DNA of 64,000 nt from an uncultured Pseudomonadota bacterium (GCA_913058255.1 CAJXQU010000002.1:169352-233351); one strand, 5' to 3'; positions 39,618-50,176 are shown, numbered from the stretch's first letter. Translations and numbers: made by a program. The notes: generated by a model not told the origin, from the letters alone.

Positions 39618-41000
39618 ATGGCTAATCGTATAATAGGTATATGTAAACTACTCCTGCTGTGTGGTTTTTTAGCTGCTTGTGCTGAATATCAGCTGTACGA
39701 GCCTGCGCCGATTGATATCGAGGAAACCACGCGTATTTATCGTGAGATAGATCTAGACTCAGAACCCCTGAAAACCTTATTAGGATCATCAGGCCATGAT
39801 GTTAGTGATTGGCCCAAGCATCAGTGGGATTTGGAAGAACTGGTCACCGTTGCAGAGTACTATCATTCTGAATTAGCTATTTCCAAGGTTAAGCTTAAGC
39901 TTGCAAAAGCCAAAGAGGTCTCCGCTGGGCAAAAAAACAATCCACAATTGGCGTTTTCTACCGAGCATCACAGTGATCATACCGAGGGCAAATCTCCTTG
40001 GTCTTTTGGAACGATTTTTAGCTGGGTTTATGAAAGGCCCGAAAAGCGCCAAACTAGAATTGATCATGCCACAGCCATTACCGAAGTCGCTCGTTTAGAA
40101 CAGTTTGAGATTTTATGGACGATCCGTGATGATGTTACCGACAACTACCTCGACACCATTTCTGCAATCAATCAACAGACGATGCTGCTTGAGGAAAAGT
40201 CAGTTTTAGAGCAGGGCATTGATCTACTACAACGTCGAATTGAGTTCGGCCAAGCCAGTGAGTTTGAGATCAGCTCTCTGCGGTTAGAGCGACAACGTTT
40301 AACGCTTTCTCTTAGTGAGCTAGAAGCAGATGAAGTTCGAGCCCGCTCACGATTAGCTCTGGCTACAGGGTTACCTGCAGACGCCTTGCAGGCAACCGAT
40401 CTAAAACAAGATTACTTCCATAAATTGCCAATATTGAGCAGCGCTGATTTGGAACTAGGTTTGTTACAAACTCGTGCTTTGATCGAACGGCCAGATTTGC
40501 TTCGTTCACTATCAACTTACGTGGTTGCTGAAGCAGATTTACATTTGCAAATTGAAAAACAATATCCTGATATAACTTTATCTCCTGGGTTTATCTTTGA
40601 TCAAGGCGATAATGTATGGGCAATGGCGAGCGCTTGGGTTTTGCCCATAAAAGCAAAAAATACGGGGGGGATTGCTGAAGCAGAAGCGAGACGGATGTTA
40701 AAAGCTCAACAGTTTTTAGCTTTTCAAAAACGTGTCCTGAGTCAGGTTCATTACGCCAGAATATCTTATCAAGCCGCACTAAAAACACTTGCTGAGGCCG
40801 ATCTATTGATCAATGATTTAGATGTACGCAACCAAAAACTACAACGCCAGTTTGATTTAGGTTACACCGATCGACTGGCCTTGATCCGAAGCCAGCTGGA
40901 AACCTTAACTGTCCGTCGCTCACGTTACCTTTTAAAACTGACCGCATGGCGTGAGTTTGAGAGTCTTGAAGATGCGCTCATGTCGAGGCTGATCAAATAG
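39618..41000 (+). CDS. TolC-family outer membrane efflux lipoprotein
   Basis: Lipobox LAAC, helical OEP repeats, first gene of an RND trio. Confidence 0.88.
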   Translation: MANRIIGICKLLLLCGFLAACAEYQLYEPAPIDIEETTRIYREIDLDSEPLKTLLGSSGHDVSDWPKHQWDLEELVTVAEYYHSELAISKVKLKLAKAKEVSAGQKNNPQLAFSTEHHSDHTEGKSPWSFGTIFSWVYERPEKRQTRIDHATAITEVARLEQFEILWTIRDDVTDNYLDTISAINQQTMLLEEKSVLEQGIDLLQRRIEFGQASEFEISSLRLERQRLTLSLSELEADEVRARSRLALATGLPADALQATDLKQDYFHKLPILSSADLELGLLQTRALIERPDLLRSLSTYVVAEADLHLQIEKQYPDITLSPGFIFDQGDNVWAMASAWVLPIKAKNTGGIAEAEARRMLKAQQFLAFQKRVLSQVHYARISYQAALKTLAEADLLINDLDVRNQKLQRQFDLGYTDRLALIRSQLETLTVRRSRYLLKLTAWREFESLEDALMSRLIK

Positions 41001-41023
41001 AGTTAGACTCAACTAATATTCTT

Positions 41024-42160
41024 ATGAAAATAATAATTAAAATAATCCTGCTACTTACTCTCGTCATTATCGTTTTTATCAGTGTCAGAAACTTCTCGTC
41101 CGAAAAGGGTTTTGTTGCATCATTAGATGACTGGCTCGATCAATTTCAAGAGACTTCGAACAATGCAAGTCAACAACGGAATGATGATGAGAACGATGCA
41201 GAAGGTGACGATGACGATGTCCCTTCACGAGTAGAAGATTTTCAAGGTCTACCAGCCGTTAGATTAGAGAATGATGTGCTTGAGCGTAGCGGTATTCAAC
41301 TTGCTACGTTGAAGGTTAGCAACTATCAGCATGAAATACGCACCATCGCTAAAGTAGTCGATATGCAGGATCTGTTTCAACGCCGAACGACATACCAACA
41401 AGCCACTTTTGATCTGAACTTGGTTTCGGAAAGCTTAAGAGCCTCTTCACGAATTTATGAACGATTACGAGTTTTGCATAAAGAACGAGCTAATATCTCA
41501 CAACGCCAGGTTGAGGAAGCGCGTTCGCGGATGAATGCAGGTAAAACACGCGTCACTGCCGCAAAACAAGCGATACAAAACATTCGACAACAAGCGCAAC
41601 TCAAGTGGGGAGTGAGCTTGGTTGATGCAGCATTTAAATTAAACGAAAACGAATCTGATAATAGCTTTCAACATCTGTTGTCAATGCGCGATGTCTTGTT
41701 GTTAGTGACGTTTCCCGCAGGATTGGAGCAGAACAGCCTGATACAAGTCAATTCTCAGCCAGATCGTGCGACAGCCCAAGCCGCTAAATTTATATCACCC
41801 GCATTAAAAACGAACCCTCTTTCTCAAGGTCTTACCTATTATTATCAGGCTAGGGCTAAACACCTTCGCATGGGTATGAATGTACATGTTTGGATAAATG
41901 GTCATAAGAAAATAGGTGTTCAACAAGGTGTAAACATCCCACAAAATGCGGTCATTTGGTATGGCGGATCGGCGTGGATTTATGTCAATGTTGCCGACGA
42001 ACTCTATTCGCGTCGGCCAATCAAAACAGATCAAGGTACGGATGGTGGTTGGTTTGTTCAGAATACTTTTACAGTCAACGACACGGTTGTGATCAAGGGA
42101 GCACAACTACTTTTATCAGAAGAGCTGCGTTGGCAGATCCCTGATGAGGATGATGACTAA
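41024..42160 (+). CDS. RND membrane fusion protein
   Basis: N-terminal anchor, coiled hairpin and IPQNAVIW..VVIKGAQLL. Confidence 0.85.
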   Translation: MKIIIKIILLLTLVIIVFISVRNFSSEKGFVASLDDWLDQFQETSNNASQQRNDDENDAEGDDDDVPSRVEDFQGLPAVRLENDVLERSGIQLATLKVSNYQHEIRTIAKVVDMQDLFQRRTTYQQATFDLNLVSESLRASSRIYERLRVLHKERANISQRQVEEARSRMNAGKTRVTAAKQAIQNIRQQAQLKWGVSLVDAAFKLNENESDNSFQHLLSMRDVLLLVTFPAGLEQNSLIQVNSQPDRATAQAAKFISPALKTNPLSQGLTYYYQARAKHLRMGMNVHVWINGHKKIGVQQGVNIPQNAVIWYGGSAWIYVNVADELYSRRPIKTDQGTDGGWFVQNTFTVNDTVVIKGAQLLLSEELRWQIPDEDDD

Positions 42161-42166
42161 AACCTC

Positions 42167-45100
42167 ATGTTATCACTGATCGTTCGATTCTCAGTTCGTT
42201 ACGCAGGTATTGTTATCGCACTGGCAATACTGATGTTGATCTATGGTAGTTATCGATTGTCTAATGCGGGTCTCGATATTTTCCCAGAATTCTCTCCCAA
42301 ACAAGTTATCATTCAAACCGAATCTCCCGGATACTCATCGGAACAAGTCGAAATTCTAGTAACGCATCCGATCGAAAATGCGATTAGTGGCTTGATTGGA
42401 CTTGACTATTTACGCTCAGAATCGATCCAAGGTTTATCGATTGTAACCGCCACTTTTGCCGAAGATTCTGATATCTATCTGAACAGACAAATGGTGAGCG
42501 AACGTTTGCTCAGCGTTGGGGCAACATTACCCGATGGTGTTGCTACACCCGTACCCGTACCGCTAGCATCATCTTCGGCAACCGTCTTAACGATTGGTGT
42601 GCGATCAGATTCATTGAACATGATGGATCTAAGAAGCATGGTTGACTGGAGTATCGTGCCACAAATTCTCAGTGTTCGAGGCGTGGCAGATGTCAATGTT
42701 TTTGGTGGCGAGATAAAGCAATTACAGGTTCAACTTAACCCCGACAAGCTCCGTCAATATGGTTTAGGTATTGAGGATGTTATTAGCGCAACCAAACAGG
42801 CAACCGCAATCAAAGGCGCTGGTTTTCTTGAAAATGATAATCAGCGTTTTACGATTCAAACCAGTAGCAATACAACCAGTCCCGCCGATATTGCAAAAAC
42901 GGTGATCAAAACTGAAGATGGTTATTCAATTAAATTATCGGATGTTGCCGATGTTTTGATGGCAGCAGAGCCCCCTATTGGTGCTGCAGCGATCATGGGT
43001 AAACCAGCCATCGTCATGATGGTCATTGGCCAATTTGGGGCAAATACTTTAGATGTTTCAAATGCTGTTGAGGGCGTTTTAACTGATCTCGAAACCGTGT
43101 TAAGCGAAGAAGATATTATTTTTTATTCACGGTTATTTCGGCCTGCTGATTATATTGAACGCTCATTAAAAAACATTACTGAACATCTGATGATCGGTGG
43201 TGCTTTTGTACTCATTATTTTATTCATCTTTTTGTTTAATATTCGTACCGCGTTTATTTCTGCCTTGGCCATTCCACTGTCGCTGATCAGTGCTGCCATT
43301 ATCTTGCTCGAAAGTGGCGTTAACTTAAATATTATGGTTCTCGGTGGTTTAGGCATAGCACTGGGTGAGGTGGTTGATGATGCGATCATCGATACAGAAA
43401 ATATTTACCGCCGTCTGCGAGAAAACAAACGACTTAGCGTACCGCGTTCAATTGCTGATGTCGTCTATGAAGCATCAATGGAGGTTCGTGGCTCCGTGGT
43501 CTACGCCAGCTTTATTGTCGCCTTGGTCTTTGTGCCCTTGTTGACTTTGAGTGGTGTCGCCGGACGCTTGTTTTCGCCGCTGGGAGTCTCTTATATTTTA
43601 GCCATTTTAACGTCCCTATTAGTGGCTCTAACGGTCACGCCAGCACTTTGTTATCTACTGTTGGGACACAGTAAATTACCCAAAAATGATCCACCATTAA
43701 TCCGATTAATTCATCCGATCTATGCAGGGTTTCTACGTTTAACAACAAAACTCCCCACCTTGACCATCGGGGTATCTCTGTTGGTTTGTGTCGCAGGGAT
43801 TGCCATCATCCCAAGTTTAGGTTCTCGTTTTTTACCCGAACTACGCGAAGGACATTACATCGTTCATACCACCGCCATGCCCGGGACATCACTTGAGCAG
43901 TCTATTCAAGCGGGTAATCGACTGACGAACGATTTTTTAAAGATACAAGGTGTTCGTTCTGTTTCACAATGGGCGGGAAGGGCTGAACGCTCAGCCGATA
44001 CCTATGGTAGCCACTACAGCGAATTCGAGGTCGATTTAGAGCCGCTTTCCGGTCAGGAACAGCAAGAAGTTATTGATGGTCTGCGCGATGTGCTTAAACA
44101 ATTCCCAGGCTTGTTGTTTGAAGCGAACACCTTCTTGATCGAACGTGTTGATGAAACTATTTCTGGTTATACATCACCCATTGTAGTGAACCTTTACGGT
44201 AGTGAATTAGGCATTCTTGATAGAAAAGCCGAAACTGTCGCTGAGATTATGCGCTCCATCGATGGAGCAACCGACGTACAAATGCGTTCACCTCATGGTA
44301 CTCCGGTTCTACAGATCCAATTAAACCATGATCGATTAAGTAACCTTGGCTTAAGGCCTGTCGAAGTAATGAATGCTATCCAAACAGCTTATGAAGGCAA
44401 AGTGGTGGGTAAAAATTATCAAGGTAATCATACTTATGATGTTTCGGTGATAATTGATCCAAAGCTGCGTAAAAACCCGGAAGATCTAGGAAAACTACCG
44501 ATCAAAACCCCATCTGCTGCAATCATCACGTTATCAGACATCGCAAGCATCACCCAGCGCGATGGTCGCTATAACATTCTTCATCAAGGTGCTCAACGGA
44601 TCCAAGCTGTGACGTGCAATGTCGAAGGACGCGATCTTAATGGCTTCATGAATGAACTTAAACAAAGAGTACTCACTGATGTCAAGTTTGAAAGCGGCAT
44701 CTATCCAGAGTTTACTGGTGCAGCGATTGAGCAAGCAAAAGCCAGAGAAGATCTGATTCTACACTCGTTGATCGCAGGCATTGGCGTTTTGATTTTGATC
44801 TATATGGCGGTCGGCCGACTACGTGATGTTTTGATCATGCTACTAAACTTGCCATTCTCATTAGTCGGCGGTGTTATCGCAGTTTTGTTAACAGGAGCGA
44901 CCTTATCCGTCGGCTCTATCGTAGGTTTTGTCACCTTGTTTGGGATAACCGTCAGGAACTCAATTATGTTGATCTCACATTACCGCTATCTGGTTGAAGA
45001 AGAAAACCTGCCGTGGAATATCGATACGGTCATCTTGGGAGCAAAGGAACGTTTACCTTCGATCTTGATGACAGCCTTAGTAACAGCATTAGCGATGTTA

Positions 45101-45265
45101 CCCATCGCAATTGATAGTGATAACCCAGGTCGCGAGATTATGGGCCCGATGGCGGCGATCATTATTGGAGGAATGGCTTCATCAACGATTCTTAATTTAT
45201 TAATATTACCGACCATAGTATTTCATTTTGGAAAGTACAATTCAGGCAAAAAGACTGAACATTAA
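42167..45265 (+). CDS. RND efflux permease, CusA/CzcA-like
   Basis: LDIFPEF, GEVVDDAII, GFVTLFGI and ERLPSILMT; 1032 aa. Confidence 0.93.
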   Translation: MLSLIVRFSVRYAGIVIALAILMLIYGSYRLSNAGLDIFPEFSPKQVIIQTESPGYSSEQVEILVTHPIENAISGLIGLDYLRSESIQGLSIVTATFAEDSDIYLNRQMVSERLLSVGATLPDGVATPVPVPLASSSATVLTIGVRSDSLNMMDLRSMVDWSIVPQILSVRGVADVNVFGGEIKQLQVQLNPDKLRQYGLGIEDVISATKQATAIKGAGFLENDNQRFTIQTSSNTTSPADIAKTVIKTEDGYSIKLSDVADVLMAAEPPIGAAAIMGKPAIVMMVIGQFGANTLDVSNAVEGVLTDLETVLSEEDIIFYSRLFRPADYIERSLKNITEHLMIGGAFVLIILFIFLFNIRTAFISALAIPLSLISAAIILLESGVNLNIMVLGGLGIALGEVVDDAIIDTENIYRRLRENKRLSVPRSIADVVYEASMEVRGSVVYASFIVALVFVPLLTLSGVAGRLFSPLGVSYILAILTSLLVALTVTPALCYLLLGHSKLPKNDPPLIRLIHPIYAGFLRLTTKLPTLTIGVSLLVCVAGIAIIPSLGSRFLPELREGHYIVHTTAMPGTSLEQSIQAGNRLTNDFLKIQGVRSVSQWAGRAERSADTYGSHYSEFEVDLEPLSGQEQQEVIDGLRDVLKQFPGLLFEANTFLIERVDETISGYTSPIVVNLYGSELGILDRKAETVAEIMRSIDGATDVQMRSPHGTPVLQIQLNHDRLSNLGLRPVEVMNAIQTAYEGKVVGKNYQGNHTYDVSVIIDPKLRKNPEDLGKLPIKTPSAAIITLSDIASITQRDGRYNILHQGAQRIQAVTCNVEGRDLNGFMNELKQRVLTDVKFESGIYPEFTGAAIEQAKAREDLILHSLIAGIGVLILIYMAVGRLRDVLIMLLNLPFSLVGGVIAVLLTGATLSVGSIVGFVTLFGITVRNSIMLISHYRYLVEEENLPWNIDTVILGAKERLPSILMTALVTALAMLPIAIDSDNPGREIMGPMAAIIIGGMASSTILNLLILPTIVFHFGKYNSGKKTEH

Positions 45266-45590
45266 AATAAAAGTTTCAAAAATATTAAATATTTGCTAGT
45301 TTAAAAAAGAATATTATTACGAACAAAACTAACTAACATGAAGGGATGTTGTTGTTACGGTTCTACGTATGTTCAATACAAATGAATGCTCAGAATAAGG
45401 TTCAAAAAATGATTAAAATTTGGAATGCAGCTTGGGCATTAAAAGAATTAGGTTGGGGGATAATAACAAAACTCAGAAAGCTTTCCGTAAGCTAGATCAT
45501 GCTTGCTTCTTTAACCATTGATCAAACTATGCGGCATGATCAATGGCAGAATTATAAGTTAGTAATAAATACGTTCAATAAAAATAGGGA

Positions 45591-46037
45591 TCAGGAACGT
45601 GCAAGAAACAACCCTCCAATCATCAAAGCAACCCCCATCGTTCGACTTACACTTAAATTCTGAATTCCTGCACCAAATAATCCAAAGTGATCAATCAACA
45701 CCGCCATAATTATTTGCCCGGTGACAATAAAGCAGATCACATTACCGACACCCATGCGCGGAGCAAGAAAGGTGATCGACAGTACATACGTGGCGACAAT
45801 AATACCACCTATGTAACTGTAAGTTGGCGCGGATAAAAAGTCTGCAACGGAAGGCACCTGGACTCGGTTAAGAAGAATAAAGCTGACCACAACACCAAAT
45901 CCCAAGGTAAAAAGAACCAATGCAGAGTAAGCCACGCTACCTATAAATTTACTTAGTGTCGCGTTGGCTGCTGCCTGTATGGGGATTAACGCACCCGTAA
46001 AAAGTGCAGCCATGGAGAACAATATTGTCAGCTTCAT
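45591..46037 (-). CDS. DMT-family transporter (YdcZ/DUF606)
   Basis: QAAANATL..GQIIMAVLIDHFGLFG. Confidence 0.88.
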   Translation of the reverse strand: MKLTILFSMAALFTGALIPIQAAANATLSKFIGSVAYSALVLFTLGFGVVVSFILLNRVQVPSVADFLSAPTYSYIGGIIVATYVLSITFLAPRMGVGNVICFIVTGQIIMAVLIDHFGLFGAGIQNLSVSRTMGVALMIGGLFLARS

Positions 46038-46061
46038 TACTTCTTTCCTTTGTTTGATTTT

Positions 46062-46283
46062 TTATTTACTAGGCTTTCCTTGCTTACTCGCTTGGCGCAA
46101 GTCAGAAACTAGTTCCCCAGCGATTCCCCAGTTATCCATATTGACTTCATCTATCACAACAACAGTCGTCGCTGGATTCTTATCAAGCACATCGACCAGG
46201 AGTTGAGTTGCTCCCTGAATAAGTTGTTCTTTTTGTTCCCTGGTAACACCTTCATCGGTTACTTTTATATTTACGTAGGGCAT
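46062..46283 (-). CDS. 4-oxalocrotonate tautomerase family
   Basis: MPYVNIKV start with catalytic Pro1 and an RBS AGGAG; NWGIAG. Confidence 0.92.
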   Translation of the reverse strand: MPYVNIKVTDEGVTREQKEQLIQGATQLLVDVLDKNPATTVVVIDEVNMDNWGIAGELVSDLRQASKQGKPSK

Positions 46284-46326
46284 GTTTATTTTCTCCTGAT
46301 TAATAAAAATCGATGATAAAAACTTC

Positions 46327-46896
46327 TTAGCTAACTTTCTTGTTAGCGAGAAAATCTTCGTTGAACATATCGCGCAAATAGTTCTCAAGAAACCCTACCG
46401 AACAGGATCCTGAAACAATATTTTCACCATTGAATAAAAAGGTTGGTACACTCTTCATTTTAATTGCGTTCACTTTTATTTGTTTGGCCTTTAACTCTTT
46501 CGCCAGCTTTCCTGACATCAAGGCCTGCTTTGCAGCAATCGAGTCCAATCCAATCTGATCACATAGCATAAGTAAAGCTTCTAGAGCACCAATATCAAGC
46601 CCATCAGTAAAATAGGCAGGAATAAGCACTTCATTTAATTCGGTCTGCTTTTCGAATTTTTCAGCCCAATGGATCAAACAATGTGAATTAAGCGTATTGT
46701 AATAATGGGTACGTTTTGCAAAGTCAAAATTAAGTCCAGCTTCGGCTACGGTTTCTATTAGATCTTTCCGGTATGACACCACCTGCGCCTTGCTCCAGCC
46801 ATTCCTTTTCATAAGGTGGGCAACAATCTCTTCTCCCTCTACCGGCATACCCGGATTCAACTCATAAGGTAGAAATTGAATGCTGGCCTCTCTCCT
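46327..46896 (-). pseudogene. 5'-truncated FrnE/DsbA-family oxidoreductase
   Basis: The frame reads ..QFLPYELNPGMP..SVPTFLFN but has no CPWC motif or ATG. It runs back to the TAG of the upstream gene. Confidence 0.65.
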
Positions 46897-47274
46897 CTAG
46901 CATTCTGCATACATTTTATTGACAATGGACCAGCGATCGTTTTCTTTAAGAAAGCCGAGGTAATCAACATAGTCATGACCAAGTAGAGGGCAATCCACCG
47001 TCGCCATCGCCTGATCACCAATCACTTCCAACGCACGGATCTTGTAACCGTATTTATCCCCTTGTTGATCAGGGACCGGGCGTCCAGAAATATCTTTCAA
47101 CCAGGTTGCTTTATTGCGACGACTACCCGGCGCTTTCAAAATCACATCATCATGAAAAATATGATCAAGCTTTTCTATATCCGCATAATGAAGACCATCA
47201 AAATAATCTGTGATCATTTTTCGAATAGTTTCACTATCAAGATCCCGATCATTATCAAATCCCTGTTTCTTCAT
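46897..47274 (-). CDS. NTF2-like protein (putative lumazine-binding family)
   Basis: DYFDGL..FH..YVDYL..WSIVNK. Confidence 0.85.
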   Translation of the reverse strand: MKKQGFDNDRDLDSETIRKMITDYFDGLHYADIEKLDHIFHDDVILKAPGSRRNKATWLKDISGRPVPDQQGDKYGYKIRALEVIGDQAMATVDCPLLGHDYVDYLGFLKENDRWSIVNKMYAEC

Positions 47275-47882
47275 TACGCAGCAACCTGCTTCTGTTCTTC
47301 CATGAGAGCAAGTTGAAATGAAGGACGATTGATCACGGCTTGAGTCATCTCTTTAACCTTTTTTCCCACCATAATATCTACTGGAAAAAACTCGCCCCAA
47401 CGCGAATAAACACTCAACAAGATATCTGCCGCAGAAGGTAGATCTCCTCCTAGATAAGGTTTGTCCTGTAATTGATCTTCAATGACTTTCCACAGTGCAG
47501 AAATTGAATCCGCCGCTGCTATAAACGCTTCTGTCTTGGCATCCTGATCAGTGATATTCTGCGCGATAAAAAACAGACGACCATAAGCAGGGTGCATCGT
47601 GGCATTGGAAAACATAAGATTTTGTATAGCTTGATCCCTAGCTTCGCCACCCTTAGGCAACATAACGCTATTATGTTTATCCAACAGATAAATCATCACC
47701 GCTGCACCTTCGGTCAGAATTTTTTCACCATCGATTAAAACGGGAACTGTTCCGACAGGATTAATCTCAGCAAAGTTTTTTGCCTGACTTTTTTCAATAA
47801 TTTCGACAGGTTCACCGAGTTCATGCAGAACTGTTTGCGTAGCTAACGAACAAGCACCATTAACATAATAAAGTGTGTACAT
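47274..47882 (-). CDS. Glutathione S-transferase (beta-class-like)
   Basis: MYTLYYVNGACSLA, INPVGTVPVL and TEGAA; RBS AGGAG before ATG 47882. Confidence 0.92.
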   Translation of the reverse strand: MYTLYYVNGACSLATQTVLHELGEPVEIIEKSQAKNFAEINPVGTVPVLIDGEKILTEGAAVMIYLLDKHNSVMLPKGGEARDQAIQNLMFSNATMHPAYGRLFFIAQNITDQDAKTEAFIAAADSISALWKVIEDQLQDKPYLGGDLPSAADILLSVYSRWGEFFPVDIMVGKKVKEMTQAVINRPSFQLALMEEQKQVAA

Positions 47883-48023
47883 CTTTCTTCTCCTATTTGA
47901 TTGAGAGTCACTTTTTCTCGAGCCCATCATTCGAGTGGCCTCTAAGAAGGCTCAGTCTAGGCAGTTGGTTTGTTTTCATATATAGCTATAATCAGAACAA
48001 ACTATTCTCAATTTGGAAACCTT

Positions 48024-48908
48024 ATGGATAAGCTACGTGCGATTAAATTGTTTGTTCGATTAGCCGATCTGGGGAGTTTCACCAAGGTGGCGGAGGAACA
48101 TAACGCCTCAAAATCTATGATCAGTAAAGAGATCAGCCGTCTGGAAAAAGATCTGGGCGTTCGACTCCTACATCGTTCAACCCGCAACCTGACGCTGACT
48201 CAGCTAGGTGAAGGCTATTTACGACGGTGTCGGGAAATCCTGACCAAGATAGATGATGCAGAATCCTATCTGCAAGACTTACAGGGAAGCCCGCGAGGAA
48301 AATTAAAGATCAACGCGCCGATGGCCTTAGGCTTACTTGATCTGGATAAAATGTTCTCTGCTTTTATGCAAGCTTACCCCGATATAGAACTGGATATTCA
48401 TCTAGGCGATGAATCACTTGATCTGATCGAGAATGGCTTCGATTTAGGCTTTCGAGCTGCAAGCCAACCTTTTGACTCCAGCTATGTAGGACGCGTACTA
48501 ACAAGCTTCAGTTATAAAGTTTGCACGTCACCAGAGTACTTAACCAAACACCCAAAAATCAAAAAGCCTGTCGACCTTCAGAAGCACAACTGCTTCGAGT
48601 ACAGCTATTTTCGAGGTAAGAATGCCTGGCCGCTAGATGATGGGATTACGATCAGCGGCAACCTTAAAGTGAACAGCGTGATGTTTATGAGGCAGGCGAT
48701 TAAGGATGGTGTTGGTATTGGCTTCCTGCCCGACTTTATCTGCAACGATGCAATCGAGCACGGCGAGATGGTAGAAATTCTTCCCAAAGCGAAGCGTCCA
48801 CGCTTAACCCTTTATGCTTTATATCCCGCAAGACATTTTGTGCCACCGAAGTTGACCAAGTGTATTGAGTTTCTGGATGCCTGGTTTAATGCGCCTGCTA
48901 ATACCTAA
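48024..48908 (+). CDS. LysR-family regulator (CrgA-like)
   Basis: MDKL..GSFTKVA..LEKDLGVRLLHRSTR; divergent from the GST operon. Confidence 0.95.
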   Translation: MDKLRAIKLFVRLADLGSFTKVAEEHNASKSMISKEISRLEKDLGVRLLHRSTRNLTLTQLGEGYLRRCREILTKIDDAESYLQDLQGSPRGKLKINAPMALGLLDLDKMFSAFMQAYPDIELDIHLGDESLDLIENGFDLGFRAASQPFDSSYVGRVLTSFSYKVCTSPEYLTKHPKIKKPVDLQKHNCFEYSYFRGKNAWPLDDGITISGNLKVNSVMFMRQAIKDGVGIGFLPDFICNDAIEHGEMVEILPKAKRPRLTLYALYPARHFVPPKLTKCIEFLDAWFNAPANT

Positions 48909-48961
48909 CTAACCCTAGGCGGATTCCACAATCAATGGCAAATCATTAAAGAGGTGTTTCC

Positions 48962-49054
48962 ATGAGTAGACAAGCTCGTTTCGTATTATTGGCTCATCGA
49001 CAAGATGTTATTATTCGTAGAAATAGCTCCGATCTTATCTTTTGTATTGGGAAT
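48962..49054 (+). pseudogene. Degenerate N-terminus of a Y1/REP-associated tyrosine transposase, cut by IS30
   Basis: RBS AGAGG, then MSRQARFVLLAHRQDVIIRRNSSDLIF, resembling the RAYT start MxRxxRxxxPGxPxHVIxRGNNRxxIF. Confidence 0.5.
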
Positions 49055-50150
49055 GCCCGGATCCACACTGGAAGTGCACCACTGTAGGTAGAACATAAAA
49101 CTCCCCGTTGTTAGTGTTTGGTTTGCCAACTAAACAACACAGCGAGAAACCTTATGTCCTATAGTCATCTTACAGAGCGAGAACGATATGTCATCAGCCA
49201 TTTGTCTATGGCAAAAGTGAGTCTTCGAGAAATTGGTCATCGTTTACTCCGCTCCCACACGAGTATTGGCCGAAAAATCAAACGCAACACAGCACTTCAT
49301 GGAGTTTACTGGTATAGCTACCCCCATCAGGAAGCGTTAAAAAGACGGCAAACACCCCGTCACAGAAAAGTACAAAACAACACACGCTTAATGCGTTATA
49401 TCACTCATCATTTATTCCATAAATGGTCACCTGAACAAATCGCTAATAGGCTGATAGTTGATTATCCTGAGCACGACACGATGCGTGTCAATACGGAAAC
49501 AATCTACCGCTGGATTTATCAGCAAGCACGTCTAGGTCATGCGTTAGCACCGTGTTTAAGAACCGGTCGAGGTCGACGAAAGAAACAAGGTAATAATGCC
49601 AACGGTAGCGGTATTATCAAACATCGAGTGTCCATCACCGAACGACCTGAATGTGTCGCTTTACGACAACGTTATGGCCATTGGGAAGGCGATGATAACA
49701 GGGCAACAAGGAGCCGGGGCCATTGTGACGCATGTAGAAAGAAAAAATTTATATCTCGTCGCAGGCAAGCTGGCTTCAAAACACGTGAAGCCTTTGACTG
49801 AAAAAACGGTTCGTTTATTTAGAAAAATCCCTCTTAAGTTTCGTCAGACATTAACGGTCGATAATGGGACTGAGTTTGCGGATTTTAAGAGCATAGAAAA
49901 GGCCAGTCATTTAAAGGTTTACTTTGCTGAACCTTACTCATCATGGCAACGAGGCTGTAATGAAAATATGAATGGTTTACTTCGACAGTATTTTCCTAAA
50001 GGGAGTGATTTTAGAAAGATAAAGGATGAGGCGGTTGATAATGCCGTCAAAGCATTGAATAATCGACTAAGGAAATCATTAAACTATCAAACACCCAACG
50101 AGGTGATGAAGTTCGCTAAGAGGTGGTGCACTTAGAAAGCGGATCCGGGC
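49055..50150 (+). mobile_element. IS30-family insertion sequence (1096 bp)
   Basis: 28-bp imperfect terminal IRs GCCCGGATCC-N7-AAGTGCACCAC at 49055-49082 and 50123-50150, enclosing an IS30 transposase. Confidence 0.9.
49154..50135 (+). pseudogene. IS30 transposase with frameshift
   Basis: WSPEQIA, ETIY and GHWEGD lie in one frame; TVDNGTEF and WQRGCNENMNGLLRQYFPKG in another. The shift is at ~49694. Confidence 0.85.
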
Positions 50151-50176
50151 TCTCCTTTAGTTGATCGAGACATTTT

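Noticed and set aside
45347-45496. ~49-codon plus-strand ORF after the RND gene
   Set aside because: No recognisable motif; cannot be distinguished from chance.
46897-46899. Pyrrolysine or selenocysteine recoding at the in-frame stop
   Set aside because: The codon is TAG, so not Sec. No pyl genes are present and none are expected in this lineage; deletion is the simpler explanation.
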